Shown: positions 24,460-37,177, counted from the stretch's first letter. The stretch is DNA of 64,000 bases from Selaginella moellendorffii (GCF_000143415.4 NW_003314263.1:1824749-1888748); one strand, 5' to 3'. The notes: a model not told the origin generated them from the letters alone. Translations and numbers: made by a program.

Positions 24460-26634
24460 CTAAGTGTTTAAATTCTTGGAACAAAGATTATTCGCAAGAA
24501 TATGCGAAGGGCCCTTAACCAAGTTTATCTCAAAGAGGGTGGTGGCTTCTTCTTGGATGAGCTTCCACGCAGCATCTACGTGCTTGTCTTGCGTGAGTGG
24601 AGCGCCGATGGCCATCCTCAGCGTGTAGACGCCCGAGAGCACCTATTCAGGCAAGTATAACTTTGAGAAGAGAGCTCGGATTCGCGATAGTTTTGCTGGC
24701 TTACCGTGTGAGTGATAAACATTCTTCCGCTGGAATTGAGAGCCTCCAGAAGCGTCGAGTTTAGAGTGCGTCCGTTGTCCGGATCATCGCTTTCTGGCTT
24801 TAGCCTGAAGCAAATCAAGCCGAATGTGCGAGGAACTAGAAGCTGCAAAATGGTGCCAACGTGTTTGAAGAATAGAACGTGTGCCTTACTTGGAAGCGTG
24901 GGTCTTCACGCACGAAGCCTTCGAAGCGCTTTGCAAGGCAGACATGGTTCCTTATGTAGCTCCGTAATCCAGAAGCGCCATTCATGCGCATGACAAACCA
25001 CAGCTTCAACGACCTGTTTTACAATGTTTCCTAAGGATTTGAGTTTAAAGGAAAAAACGGAAGACTAGAACCTGAATCTTCTGCCGAGAGGTATCTGCCA
25101 GTCTTTGTAGTCGACAACTTGATTTAAATCAGATGCCTGGAACAACAAAGAAAGTAAAAGAAAACTTAAACACGAAAGTGAGAAAGATATGCGCTACCTT
25201 GTTACGCAAGAACTCAGGTGTTGTAGAAAGAGCTGACACCAGATGGCTGGATTCCTATCGAGAAAAGCAAAAGGTATAAGAACTCTTGGAAAATGAATGA
25301 ACACCACTTTACCTTCACCCAAAGAGCAGAACAATCGAAGTTTGTAAGCAGCCACTTATGTGCGTTCATGTTAAACGAATCTGCTTTCTCAACTCCATCC
25401 AGGTGATGCCGAAACTCTGGGCAGATGCACGCAGAGCCAGCGTAGGCAGCGTCAACGTGGAACCACATTCCAAAATCCTGGTAACATTCTTGCATTTTGA
25501 GATCGATAGAGATTGAAAAGAAAAGAGCTATACCTTTGCAATATCTCCTAAAGCAGACAATGGATCCACGGCCGAAGATGATGTAGTTCCCACCTAGGAA
25601 AGAACATAACAGGCGTAAGGAGGGAGACAAGCTAGTTGCACGAACTCACAGTCCCGCAAAGGAAGAATGGCAAAAGTCCCTGCTTGACGCCATCCTCAAG
25701 TGCTTGTCTCATCGCAGCTGGTGATACTGCATAGTTTGTTGAGATATCAGTTGGAACAGTCACTAGATTTTCAAGAGGAATCCCAGCAATCTGTACAACA
25801 AACACGAAGAGGTTATCACGGATTGAAAGGACTAGAAGCTTGAAATGGCGTACCACACATCCTTTTTGCAGACAGGAATGAGTTTGATCTGACGTATACA
25901 CCGCCAGCTTTGAAAGAATCTCCGCTTCCGACAACCCTTTTCTCTTGTTTTCTGAAATGGCTCGAGTTCGAGCAGCGAGTAGCACCACAGCAACTGCCTC
26001 ACTAGCAGTCCCTTGAATCACTCCGCCGCCATTACCTGCATTGTAAAGTGTAAGAATAATGATCTTATAATCTAAAATTTCCACCATACCTCCAAATAGA
26101 AACTCGTCGGGAAGTTTCAACAGCTTTGCAAGCCAGTCAAGAACAATGGTCTCCAGCTCTGTCGCCGCCGGCGAAGTTATCCAGCTAAATCCAACAATGT
26201 TCAATCCAGCACTTAACATTTCCCCCAAGAGCCCTGCCGTGCTACTGTTGGACGGATAATATCCGAAAAAATTCGGACTTTGCCAGTGTGTGACTCCCGG
26301 AATTATCTTGCTCTGAATATCTGAAAGGAAGGAAACTCGGCATTTTATCGCGCTTGGAAACAGAACATACCGGCAAAAACCTCCTCCAGCGTTTCGGGAT
26401 CTTCAGGCGCAGCCGCAGGCAACAAAGTTTTCAAGTATCCAGGCTGCTCAATAAATCAAGTGTCAGGCAAATTAGAAATTGGAGGAAGAAGGAAAAACGT
26501 ACAGAGACTTGACTGCGAACGGGAAAGCTCTCAATATCACGGTAATAATCTGCAATGAAGTCCACCATCTCGTGAGCATGCTTGCGAAATTCTTCCGCGT
26601 CTATTGGCTTGAGCCCAATGTTCGCTTCCCCCAT
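24460..26634 (-). CDS. PLP-dependent aromatic L-amino-acid decarboxylase family (AAAD) protein, probable aromatic aldehyde synthase; multi-exon
   Basis: [51 protein letters not shown] (PLP Lys), [14 protein letters not shown]; loop PEFLRNK. Confidence 0.94.
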
Positions 26635-26843
26635 TTCTAGAGACACGAAGACGGCAAACTGTCACACGAGGTGAGAAGCAAAACGAGACCTGCTAATGCA
26701 AGCCGAAAAGAGCTACAGTAGACACAGCGAACAGTGAGAAGACAGGCTCGAAAGCCAAGGCCCTAAAATATCACAACGTTAAATCCAAAACACACATTGA
26801 TGAACAACCATGAATGAAAGGTTACATTGCTTTCATTTAAAAG

Positions 26844-28867
26844 CTACCAGGTAAAGTTTGGTCTTGCCGACATTTCTTGCAGCTTCTTGTGATGGCTTGC
26901 TTCCAGCTGACACTGCATTTTGCACGGCCAGGAATTTCAAACCTATTGCGGAAAAAAAAAATAAAAAAAACTTACTCTGCATTCCTTGAGAAGAGGCTCG
27001 AGAAAGGACGACTTGAAGAAGCGAATTGACTTGGCAAGGGACGTGCGTTCCCAATCTGTACAGGAAAATGTGAGAACGTAACAAGAAAGAGCCGGTACCT
27101 TTGGATACTGGACGCGCATCGCCGTTGTTTAGATCATTGAACAGCTGGAAACAGAAGAAAAACTAGAATTAACATGTTTTAATCTGAAGACCAGTACCTC
27201 TGGCAATGTCGGGACAGTCGTTGGATCAAAATTGTCGCAGTCTTCAGGATCGATAGGCACGCAGACGCGTCCTACACCACAACTGACAAGTGATAAAACA
27301 GTTTAAGATGGTAAGCCATGCATTACCAGTCTTTGGATGGATGCAGAAAGGCGCCTTTAGCAGATGATTCATTTTCTTAGTTACCTGTTATACAACAGTG
27401 AGCAAAACAAGAGGGGACAAAAATTAAAGTTGTTCCCTCACCTCCAGGTCCAGTCTTGGGTACGTATAAGTAAATACAAGCTCTACTTGAATACCTCGCT
27501 TCTGCATGAGCTTCCTCTGTAAATCTGCCCAGCGCTGTCTATTTATCTCGTCAGGGAGCAATCTATTATTACGCTTTTTCTCCTCCAATTGAACTGGAAG
27601 CTCGGAATAAGCGCTAGACATATATTGCATTGACATACCTTGACCAGAGACCAGCTTCAGAACCTTGTCAGCATTCTCTTGAGGATGCAGCAAACTCTGC
27701 TTTATCAGGATTTCTTCGTCAAAATAGCGACTCAAAAACTGTGAATAAGTTCTCCTGTCATGTTCATTGTCGAATCAATAATTAACAAAAAAGAACGAGA
27801 CACATACGCTAGAAATGGATGAAGATGTGTAGGCAAGGACACCTTCCTGTTGTTATTCTCGTTACCCTTTTCACAAAGTCAGATCCTCACGAGTAAAGAA
27901 TTAATCTCAAACCTTATAAACTCGAAAGTAGTCAGCAATGGACGCTCTTTGCTCATTAGTCAGCTTACGAGCTCGTGCGTCACACACCCAGCAGTGTACT
28001 CCTCGTCGTCCACTATATACCCATAGGATGTGATCAAACCCGAAGTCCTCTAGGCGCCAGAAACCAATGAGCATTCAACCAAAATCAGACGAACGCTACC
28101 TCGCAAAGTCGAATCAACAACTTTGATAGCTATTGTCATGAGCGGCCAGCACTTCAAACAAATGTCGGCTCCAGAACAACAGTTTCGAATGTCGTCGTAG
28201 TCTGTCATGTCCTGCAAGCGTGGTGAGTTTCTGATCCTTATATATAGAAGTTCTGGCACTCACAACATCAAATACCAATTCCTTCTCGACGGGAGCAAAA
28301 ACTCTATCATTGGAAACGCTGGCATACGCTAAGCGCTTGGCAGGCTGCGAGGAAAAAAGTGTTAGGAAAGAAAGAAAAAAAACACAACCAGGAACTTACA
28401 TCCACACTGTAAACCGCTCCAATATCAATTTTTTGAGGACGCTTTTCACACACAGTAGCTTCAAATTCCGACGCATCGCGGAAAGACATGTACCGCAAAT
28501 AAATGTCGTTCTCCAGAGTGAAAGAGAACTCTCTCCGCCCAAAAAACGAAGAATCGCAAGAAGGATGCTTTCCATCTACGAAAGAACGACCGAAGTTAGA
28601 TCTAGACTGGTATCGTCTAGAAACATACCATTGCCATACGACAGCCACTTGTACATCTCAGCGAAAGGGAAAATCCGCCCTGGAGAATGGCGATCCAGCT
28701 TAGGCGCTAGCACACTAGAACGATCAATCTTACTGTAATAGAGGCTCAAAAGCTCGGGATTGCAAAGCGCCTGCCCTTGCTGTTGCTTGAATCCGTCGAT
28801 TTCCATCGGATCACCTGCATTGGTCGTCGTCAATAGCGGCGCGCAGAGAAAACGACTCACCCGCCAT
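26844..28867 (-). CDS. PRIM1: DNA primase small (catalytic) subunit, multi-exon
   Basis: [61 protein letters not shown]. Confidence 0.95.
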
Positions 28868-28951
28868 AGCCGTTCGCTAAAGCCCTAGAAGAAAGAGGAA
28901 AGAAAATGGCGGGAAAATGAAGAGCCCTAGAAACTTAACGTTAATTTGGCT

Positions 28952-30524
28952 ATGGCGGCAATAGCCCTCAACGCTTCTCTCAGCGTTTCTTCTTCTAGAT
29001 TTTCGATCCAGGGGGGAAGATGTCGTATTGCTTACAGAAATCGCGTGAGGTGCGCAGCTGGATCGTCGTCTCAAGAAAGCGAAGCAAGCGCGAGCAGCAG
29101 CGTTGTTGGATTGCCGGAGGCGAGCATTGGAATTGCCCTGGCAGGCGGTGGAGAGGAGCAGCAAGAGGTCGCTCCTGGAGAAATCGGCCCGGGAATGGAA
29201 GAGATTTACAGCCAGTGCAAGGTCTGGGAGTGGAAGGGGTTGTACAAGATCAATTACGTTGCTCTCGTTTCGAGTGGAGGCCCCGCGATTCTCCTCGTCC
29301 ATGGATTTGGGGCTTCTATCGGGCATTTCAGGAGGTAATTGGTTCTCTGGATGATATTCTAGCTTGTGAAATCCGTGAATTTGGTCGCAGAAACATCCCT
29401 GTTCTTGCGAAGAACTATTCGGTCTACGCAATCGATCTTCTGGGACTAGGCGCGTCTGAAAAACCGGCAAACTTTTCTTACACAATGGAAACATGGGGAG
29501 AGGTTCGTGTTCTTGCTGGTTTTTTTTCTTCTTTTTTGGATATCGTGCTAAGAACTTGCTACAGTGCGGCGTTCCGTAGAGCAGCTTTTGCTGGATTTCA
29601 TCAAAGATGTTATGGAGTCGGCTCCGACTGTTCTTGTTGGAAATTCTATCGGCAGTCTCGCATGTCTTACTGCTACTGCGAGTAAGTTGATCGTTCTCTC
29701 TCTCTCTCTCTCTCTCTCTCGCATGTCTTACTGCTACTGCGAGTAAGTTGATCGTCCTCTCTCTCTCTCTCTCTCGCATGTCTTACTGCTCCTGCGAGTA
29801 AGTTGATCGTTCTCTCTCTCTCTCTCTCTCTCTCTAACTTGCATGGATCTTCTCTTCTTTTTCTCTCTAGATGCCACGGAAGGATTGATTCGAGGAGCTG
29901 TGCTTTTAAACTGTGCCGGAGGAATGAACAACAAAGCAGTGGTGGATGACTGGCGCTTGAAGCTAGCATCACCCTTGCTTTCGCTCATAGACTGGCTACT
30001 CAAGCAACCAGGAATCTCCTCTCGTCTCTTCAACCGAGTGAAGTCGAGGTAAGCTTCACCATGGCTGCGCAAACTTTCTAAAGCTTTGCAAATCCACAGG
30101 GAAAATCTTAAGACTCTTCTATCGTCAGTTTACGTCAACAAGGAAGCTGTGGACCAAGAACTCATCGAGGTACTCGATTCCTTCTCGAGTTTCTCTCAAA
30201 CTTTCGCCTCCACAGATTATCAGAAGGCCTGCGGAGGATCCAGGAGCTCTGGAAGCATTCGTTTCGATCATAACTGGTCCTCCAGGCCCGACTCCCATGG
30301 CTCTCATCGACAAGATCCACTGCCCGATCTTGGTGCTATGGGGCGACACCGATCCCTTCACTCCGGTGGATGGACCAGTGGGCAAGTACTTTACCAGCCT
30401 TCCATCCTCACGTCCAAACGTAAAGCTTCGAGTGCTACAAAACGTTGGACACTGTCCTCACGACGACGAGCCAGAGCTTGTGCACGAGCAGCTCTTGCCG
30501 TGGCTGGCCAGCTTAAGTTCTTGA
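28952..30524 (+). CDS. CLD1: plastid alpha/beta-fold hydrolase, chlorophyll dephytylase (CLD1)/pheophytinase-like
   Basis: Transit-peptide-like N-terminus; LLVHGFGAS, IDLLGLGAS, GNSIGS nucleophile elbow, LNCAGGMNNKAVVDDWR, GHCPHDD. Confidence 0.85.
29657..29835 (+). repeat. triplicated exon end + 5' splice site + (CT)n unit in a CLD1 intron
   Basis: ctcgcatgtcttactgct(a/c)ctgcga|gtaagttgatcgt(CT)n occurs three times; GT at 29682, 29743 and 29798. Confidence 0.9.
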
Positions 30525-30652
30525 CCAGATCCAAGCTCGCTAGATTTTGATCACAAAGAGAATGACGAGCAAGCTCGAGCTTTGGTTTCTTATCCAGAGT
30601 GACGAAGTTCCAGCACAAGTTACATTCATGGTGGCTAGCAGCGTTTCTCGAT

Positions 30653-31194
30653 CTAGATCTTGCCTCTCGGGCCAGGCGTCGGCGGCCCAACAGCTCCTCT
30701 CTTGACAGGGACGAGACTCGCTGGTGCATTAGCACCCGTGAAAGCCACAGCACCGGTACCAGCGAGCAGTAGAAACTTGAGCAACAGGCCTCTCTTGGTG
30801 AAAGCGCCAGCGAAGATTTGGAAGAATTGGCTCTACGAAACGAGAAAGCAAAAAAGTTTCATCGCCGTGGATCAAGAAGAAAGAGAAGACACACCTGGAG
30901 TCCATTGTAAGGGGAAGGCATATCCGATCCATACAAGTCCCAAGCTCCGGTGGTGTTGTTGATATCTCCCAAGTCGAAGTAGACGCTCTTCTCTCCATAC
31001 TTCGCCGAGACACCGAGCCTGGAAGTTTTCGAAGGAACAGTTCCACTGTAAGTTTTCCTCTTTGAAGTAACTTACTTGGCTGTGGATCTTCTCATTGAAA
31101 CTTGCGCTGTAGGCTTGATTCTTAGCTTCGTCCCATTCAAGCTGCTGCTGGCAAGTCCAGATGGTACCAATGCTGCTGCTGTTGCTGCTGCCAT
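30653..31194 (-). CDS. psaH: photosystem I subunit H (PSI-H), 3 exons
   Basis: [53 protein letters not shown]. Confidence 0.96.
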
Positions 31195-31451
31195 CGCCAC
31201 TTCTCTCACAGGGAGGAGCTTGCTAGCCAAGTTGCTCCAAAGAAAAAATGGTGGCTGTGTTCTCGACACGTCGGACTCCACGGAGGACCACACCACTTGG
31301 TTGCAAACCTTGCCGAGGTGTAAAGACGCAATAGGAGGAAACTGGATGTGCCGATAAGAGGCACTCTACAAGGATCGATCCCTGTATCTATTCGAAGTAG
31401 AGGACGTTAAAACCACCCAGAACTGCAAAGATTATTTAACCTGTGATCGTC

Positions 31452-33288
31452 TTAAAAAACTCTACCAAGCCGCACGTCGATCACGGAATGGAGCTTTGAT
31501 CCGTTGTCTCTCGCTGCGGCTTTTAGTACATCAGAGAGAGAACGCTGGTTTCTCCACGCTGCAGTAGCCCAGGATTTTAGTCTTTCAGCTTCGCTTGCTC
31601 GCTGCTCCACGCTAGACAGGATATCGGCATATCTAGCTGCGATTGTCCAGAACTAGAATTACAGAACGAAGTGTGGAACGTCTGAATACCTCTTGTGATT
31701 GCAATGGCGTCCAGATATTGAAGTTTGTCCTTTGCTTCTGTTAGAAACATGAGCTTGCGACAGTTAGAAACATGAGCTTCGCTACAGCTTCTACCTTTTT
31801 CCAGCGGGGGAGCTTTCAACAAGTTCAAAGATCTGCGATAAAGGCCCTGCATTGAAATTTTGTAGAAGATGAAAAGGCTACAACAAGAAAAAATTACAAA
31901 CCTCTGCTATCATGAACCCGCTATTCTCGGCCTTCGCTCGTCTACTGTAGAGATCTGCCATGCAAGATAACACAAGTCCAACTCGTGCGTGCGTCTCACC
32001 TGCAGTATCATATTAGCTACCAGCTTTAGAAACAGGCTGTTGTCCAAGTTACCACTAATGCTTTCAGCGACTTGAAGACCTTCTGTCAAAAATTTCTCTG
32101 CTTCATCAAAGCATCTGTAATAAAAGATAATCACGAGCGCCTAGAGATGAAAATTTGCTTACCCAAGGTCAGCTGAAAGCTGTCCTAAACCTGCTAGAGC
32201 TGCTGAATGAACTTCGGTAGAGGTCATTGTGGCTCCTTTGCTTTTGTCGGTTTCGTTTTTTGCAAGGGCAGCAGCGCTTTCGTAAAAGTTTTTAGCTTCC
32301 TTGTCATCGCCTCTTACGTGGGCAACTTCAGCTCGAGAAAGGATGGCAGCTCCTAGAATTCAACGTAAACTACGAGCGTAAAGAGAAATGATCAAAACCA
32401 ACCTTGCTTTGTATCAGGTGGAAATGCCTCAAAACACGAAGCCGCTGCTATACGCGTGTTGGAGTAAAGAAACAATCATCATCAAAACAATAAAAGGAAA
32501 ATACTCATACCAGCATCAAACTGTCCTCCAGATAGTTTGACGAGTCCGGCTAATGCTTGCGATCGAGGTCCAATATCAGATTCCGGAGTAGCAAGCTCTG
32601 ATATAGTTTGCAATTGAGCGGACGCCAATTCATCCTAGAAGACAAGCACGACGAAAACACCATAACCAGAGATGCTTATCCAAAAGAGACATGAAAACGA
32701 ACCTCGTGTATTTGCAAGTAGAGTCCTACCAAAGCTTCCAGAGCAGAAACTAGCCACCATAAAACAATCAGCGAAAAACATTCCACCGACGAAAAAAGCG
32801 AGAGTAAACTGACCCCGCACCTCCAATCCAGCCGACTCATTGCTCGAAACACCATGTAATACCTCAGTAGCGTCCGAGACTTTCCCTCTACAAGAAAAAA
32901 AAAACACAAGAAAAATTTAATCTTAGACCAAAGACTCCGAGTGATCTTACTGATCAGCGTGGAAGTCCGCTATCGCGAACTGGATCTTACACAGCGCATT
33001 GGCAGCCGAGGGCCCGGAATTCTTCACAAAGCTCACGCCATGCTCTAGAACCTGCATTGCATCCAAATACCCGGCGCCTGCTACAAGGATCACTAGCTAG
33101 ATCGCAAAAGCGCGAAATGTTTTACCTCCTTTCTTCCTCGCCGCCGCCGCGTAGTCGAGAATCTGCGCCGCCATGCCCTCGGCCGCGGCATCATCGCCAT
33201 GAGCCAGAGACGCGAGGAATCGATGAGGCCGGAGAGACCTCGCGATCGATCGCGATCGCCCTGGGACAAGGCGCAGCAAGAGCGCCAT
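31452..33288 (-). CDS. TPR-like helical-repeat protein, probably organelle-targeted (NDP1-like), multi-exon
   Basis: Arg/Ser-rich presequence; ALAGLGQL..LGCFDEAEKFLTEGL, HARVGLVLSCMA, GLYRRSLNLLKAP; last exon ends VIDVRLGRVF*. Confidence 0.75.
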
Positions 33289-34357
33289 TATTGAGAATTT
33301 AGGGCTGACTCACTCTCAAGGGATTAGGGCTTTATAGAGGTGACGAGAGAAGACTTCCCTCAGGACTTTGCGCTGGCCAAGGAAGTGGATTACCATCTCA
33401 TCGATCAAAGAGTGGACTTAGGGCGGATGATTGGACGTAGAGCCCTTGTTGCTGCTTCACCAGACGAGGTCAAAGGAGCCAGGAAACTTCGGACATCTGC
33501 CTGCGTGGGAAAAGCACGAGTACGATGCTCTTGGAGGCTTTTCCACTTGAAGCTGTGTCCTGGATCTTTCAGCGAGTACTGCTACGCGTTCTGCTCGACC
33601 AAGGTGGCGGGTCTATATGTGCAGCGGGTTAGTCTAATTGTATTGCAGAGGTCTTGCTAAGTTCGTGTGCTACAGGTAGGGATGCTGTCAACTACTTGTG
33701 GAGGCCTTTGAAGGCTCTCAAAGCCTGGAGGGAAGTATTTGACAGCGACCATGCCAATGAAGACAGTGTGGTGTTGTTCCTTTTGCCACCGGATGTCTTT
33801 CCCGACTTCCAGTCCCAGCCGTATAGAGCAGCATCTCGAAAAGTCTCTCAGCGATCTGTGGAGGTTTGTGCTGGAGCTCCGAGTTCTGATTTAAGGTGGC
33901 GGTGCCCGTGGATGGTTCTCCGTATGCGGGACTCGATCTGCCGACCGAGATGCCTGCTGTATCTCTCGATCTGAACCCGAGCATGGAGACATTGGAGGGG
34001 CAGCTCATGTGTGCGGAATGCATCGAGTTTCGTTGGAAGGAGATTGGAGAAGTATCGCTCGAGGAAGAGAAGAACACTTACCAGAAGCGAGGTGTGGTCG
34101 AAGATGGAGGTTATTTGGATGGGCTAGATTTCAGTAAGCTCCATTATCGGCAATTACAGGCTTTGTGCAAGAAGCATGGTGTTCCTGCGAATACCTGCAA
34201 CGCTGAGATGATTGACAGGCTGACCTCTTTAAATACTTTCACTCAATCATGCATAGGAAGCTCTATAATGTAATGCTTTTTAAAAATATCCAAAGCATCA
34301 TACGAGCGCCATTATTGAGAGTTTAGGGCTGACTCACTTTCGAGGATTAGGGCTTTA
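33280..34357. repeat. ~55-bp direct repeats (33280-33334, 34304-34357) of the TPR/Ku70 promoter
   Basis: gagcgccattattgaga(a/g)tttagggctgactcact...ggattagggcttta in both copies. Contains the TPR start codon and two telo-box-like ttagggc motifs. Confidence 0.88.
33896..34273 (+). CDS. ORF or terminal exon encoding a SAP-like helix-extended-helix motif; gene may begin near 33340
   Basis: DFSKLHYRQLQALCKKHGVPANTCNAEMIDRL matches the plant SAP-like pattern (LQxLCKxxxIPAN). 5' structure unresolved. Confidence 0.5.
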   Translation: MAVPVDGSPYAGLDLPTEMPAVSLDLNPSMETLEGQLMCAECIEFRWKEIGEVSLEEEKNTYQKRGVVEDGGYLDGLDFSKLHYRQLQALCKKHGVPANTCNAEMIDRLTSLNTFTQSCIGSSIM

Positions 34358-34374
34358 GAAGCTTGAGGAAGACG

Positions 34375-37177
34375 ATGGCGGATAATGGCGACGATCCATA
34401 CGCCGATGAGGAGGAGGAGGAGGAGGACGAGTACGCGGTGGTATGCGCCAGGGATTTCTAGCGTGTTTGATCTCTTTCTTGATCGCATCGCCATGGCAGG
34501 AGGGGGCGACCAGGGATTACGTCGTGTTTCTGATCGACGCTGGGAAAGATATGCTTCTCCAGCTCCAGACAAAGCGGGTATGCTAAGGTCGAGCTCCATT
34601 TTGGTCTTTGATAGAAGATTTCTTTGCAGGGAGAGACTAAAACTTACTTGGAAGCTGTGATGGAATCTATCACTGAAGATTTGAAGACGAGGATCATTTC
34701 TAGAGACACCGATGAAGTGGGAATTTGCTTCATCAACACGGTAAGCCTTGGTTCTCCTGGTGGAATGCAAGGAATTTTTTTTAATGAATTTTGCAGCGCG
34801 AAAAAAATAACTCGCTCTCCTCAGAGGGTGTTTATACGTTTAAGGAGCTCAGCAAGCTCTCGGCTTCTTTTATCAAAGATACTTCTTCCTTGTGCGGTAC
34901 TGTGCTTTTTGTCTAGCTACTTTCAGCCATCTAATGTCTTCTCCATTTCAGAAAACTTTGATAGTGTTATAGGGAGCAACGATGGTTCTAACTACGGGGC
35001 CAGAGAAAATCCGCTTTACAGTGGCCTTTGGGTCGCACAAGGCATGCTCGGAAAGAGGTACGCTGGAAAGCTTCCCTTCGATTGTTCCTTCAATGGTTTC
35101 TTTCAGTGCTACAAAGAATCTAGGCAAGCGAATTCTGCTGTTTACGAACAACGATGATCCTTTCGAAAATGCGGATCCCGTTACAAAGGCTGACATGAGG
35201 AGAACAACTATACAACGGGCAAAGGTACTTTGCTGTGATTATTTTATTTGATCAGTAACGTTATTGTAACCCCAGGACTCGCAAGATCTTGGAATTTCGA
35301 TTGAACTCTACCCGATGAGCAGGCCTGGAGAAGAATTTAATCTCAACATCTTTTATAAGGTTCGCTCGGGTTTTGCATAACCAGATCCTGGAACAATTTT
35401 TTTGCAGGATATGATTACCATGGAAGATGACGAACTGTCGAATTTTATGGTTGGTGCAGAAAAAAGGTATGTTTTGGTACGAAGCTTTAAAGGCTACCTA
35501 AAGCTCGTGTTGTTGTAGATTTGAAGAACTCAAGGCTAGGATGAGAAAGAAGCTTTTTCAAAAGCGTGTTGTAAGGAAAATAACGTTCACCATTGCTAAT
35601 GGGACTAGTATCGGTCTCGGGACATATGCGATGGTTCGGCCGGCTACGACAGGTTGAAGACTTTGGCTGATTGTAAAACTCATTCTCAGCTTTTCTATGT
35701 AGGCAAGTACGAGTGGCTTGATTCCACGACAAACAAGCCTGTGAAGGTAACTCTTTCAACGTATTTACCTGAATTTTAACAGCCATTGCAGTCTGAACGA
35801 GCTCTCATATGCACGGATACGGGCGCTATAGTGACGGAATCTACGAAACGTTTTACACACTATAACAGGTATATGCCTTTGGCTGTCAGTTTCATCATCC
35901 ATGCGTTTGATGCAGTAAGCGAGTTCTCATGACACGCGAAGAGCTTGCAGAAGTAAAAAAGATAACGGACGTACAAGTCCGACTTCTAGGCTTCAAATCA
36001 ATTGCTTGCCTTAAAGACTATCACAACTTGAGGCCAGCCACGTTCCTGTATCCTAGTGAAGAGGTAAGTGGCTTGACTGGAAAACTAGAGATTTTCTCTA
36101 AACGCTACGTGCAGGCCATCAAAGGCAGCACCTGTCTTTTCATTGCGCTACATAGGTCTTTGATCCGGCAGAAAAAGTGAGTCTCTTATTCTACCAGTTC
36201 TTATCTGAAACGTGGCTGTGTAGGTTTGCTTTGGCGTTTCATGGAAATTCGACGTCTCCTCACCTGGTTGCTTTGGTTCCCCAGGTACTTAAAGGCAACG
36301 AATGCGAGCTGTTCGTTCTGATCGAGTTTCTGTTTTAGGAAGAGATTGTGAACGAGTATGGGCAAGTCCAGCCACCTGGAATGCATATGATCTACCTTCC
36401 ATATGCAGAGGACATTCGACAGCCTGAAAAGGTAGTTGGCGCCAGTCTTCCATGTTTTCTCTCTGATACCAGTTGCTTTCACAGATAAATCTGAGCAAAG
36501 GTGGAGTTGAAATAGCGGCAAAAGAGCATATCGACAAAGCAATGGCTCTCATCAAGAAGCTCCACTTGCGAGAATTTACAGTATACGATATACAAAACCC
36601 AGGTTAGTGCTATCCAAAGCATCTTAACGTTGCCGGAACTTTTCTTCATGTCTTTTCTCAGCCCTTCAAAGACACTATTCAAATCTGCAAGCTCTTGGAC
36701 TCCAGGAAGACACCGTGGAAGATGTCGAGGATTGTACATTGCCAGACGAGGAAGGCATGAAAAGGTGCGTGGTACTTTGATTTTCATTTTCCAACATGGC
36801 TGAAACTATGCTTTTCAGGCCGTCGATAGTTGCCGTAGTTCAAGCATTCAAAGACACTGTCTACGGGGCTGATCATGACCAAGAAGAGGCAGCTGCGGAG
36901 GCCGAACGGGCGAAAGGAAGCGTCACAGCTCAAAAGAGAAAGGCTGCTGCTGAAGTAGCGACCAAAGAATCAGAAAAATACAATTGGCGTCAGCTTGCTT
37001 TGGACGGCGAGGTAAGCTCTTCGTTCTTTCCAAACGGAAAAAATACCTTTTCCTTCGTTGCAGCTTAAGAAACTCACCGTGGTGGAGCTCAAGTATTATC
37101 TCGCGGGAAAGAAGCTCCCGCTCAGCGGCAAGAAAGAGATCCTCATTGAACGCATTCTAAACGACTTGGGAATGTAA
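34375..37177 (+). CDS. KU70: ATP-dependent DNA helicase 2 subunit Ku70, many short introns
   Basis: Acidic N-terminus, vWA (YVVFLIDA, KRILLFTNNDDPF), beta-barrel (LLGFK, HNLRPATFLYP, PPGMHMIYLPYAEDIR), C-terminal SAP (LTVVELK...LPLSGKKEILIERI). Confidence 0.96.

Noticed and set aside
24418-24520. Short duplication (aaagattattcgcaag...) spanning the decarboxylase stop region
   Set aside because: A local ~35-bp duplication with no evident consequence.
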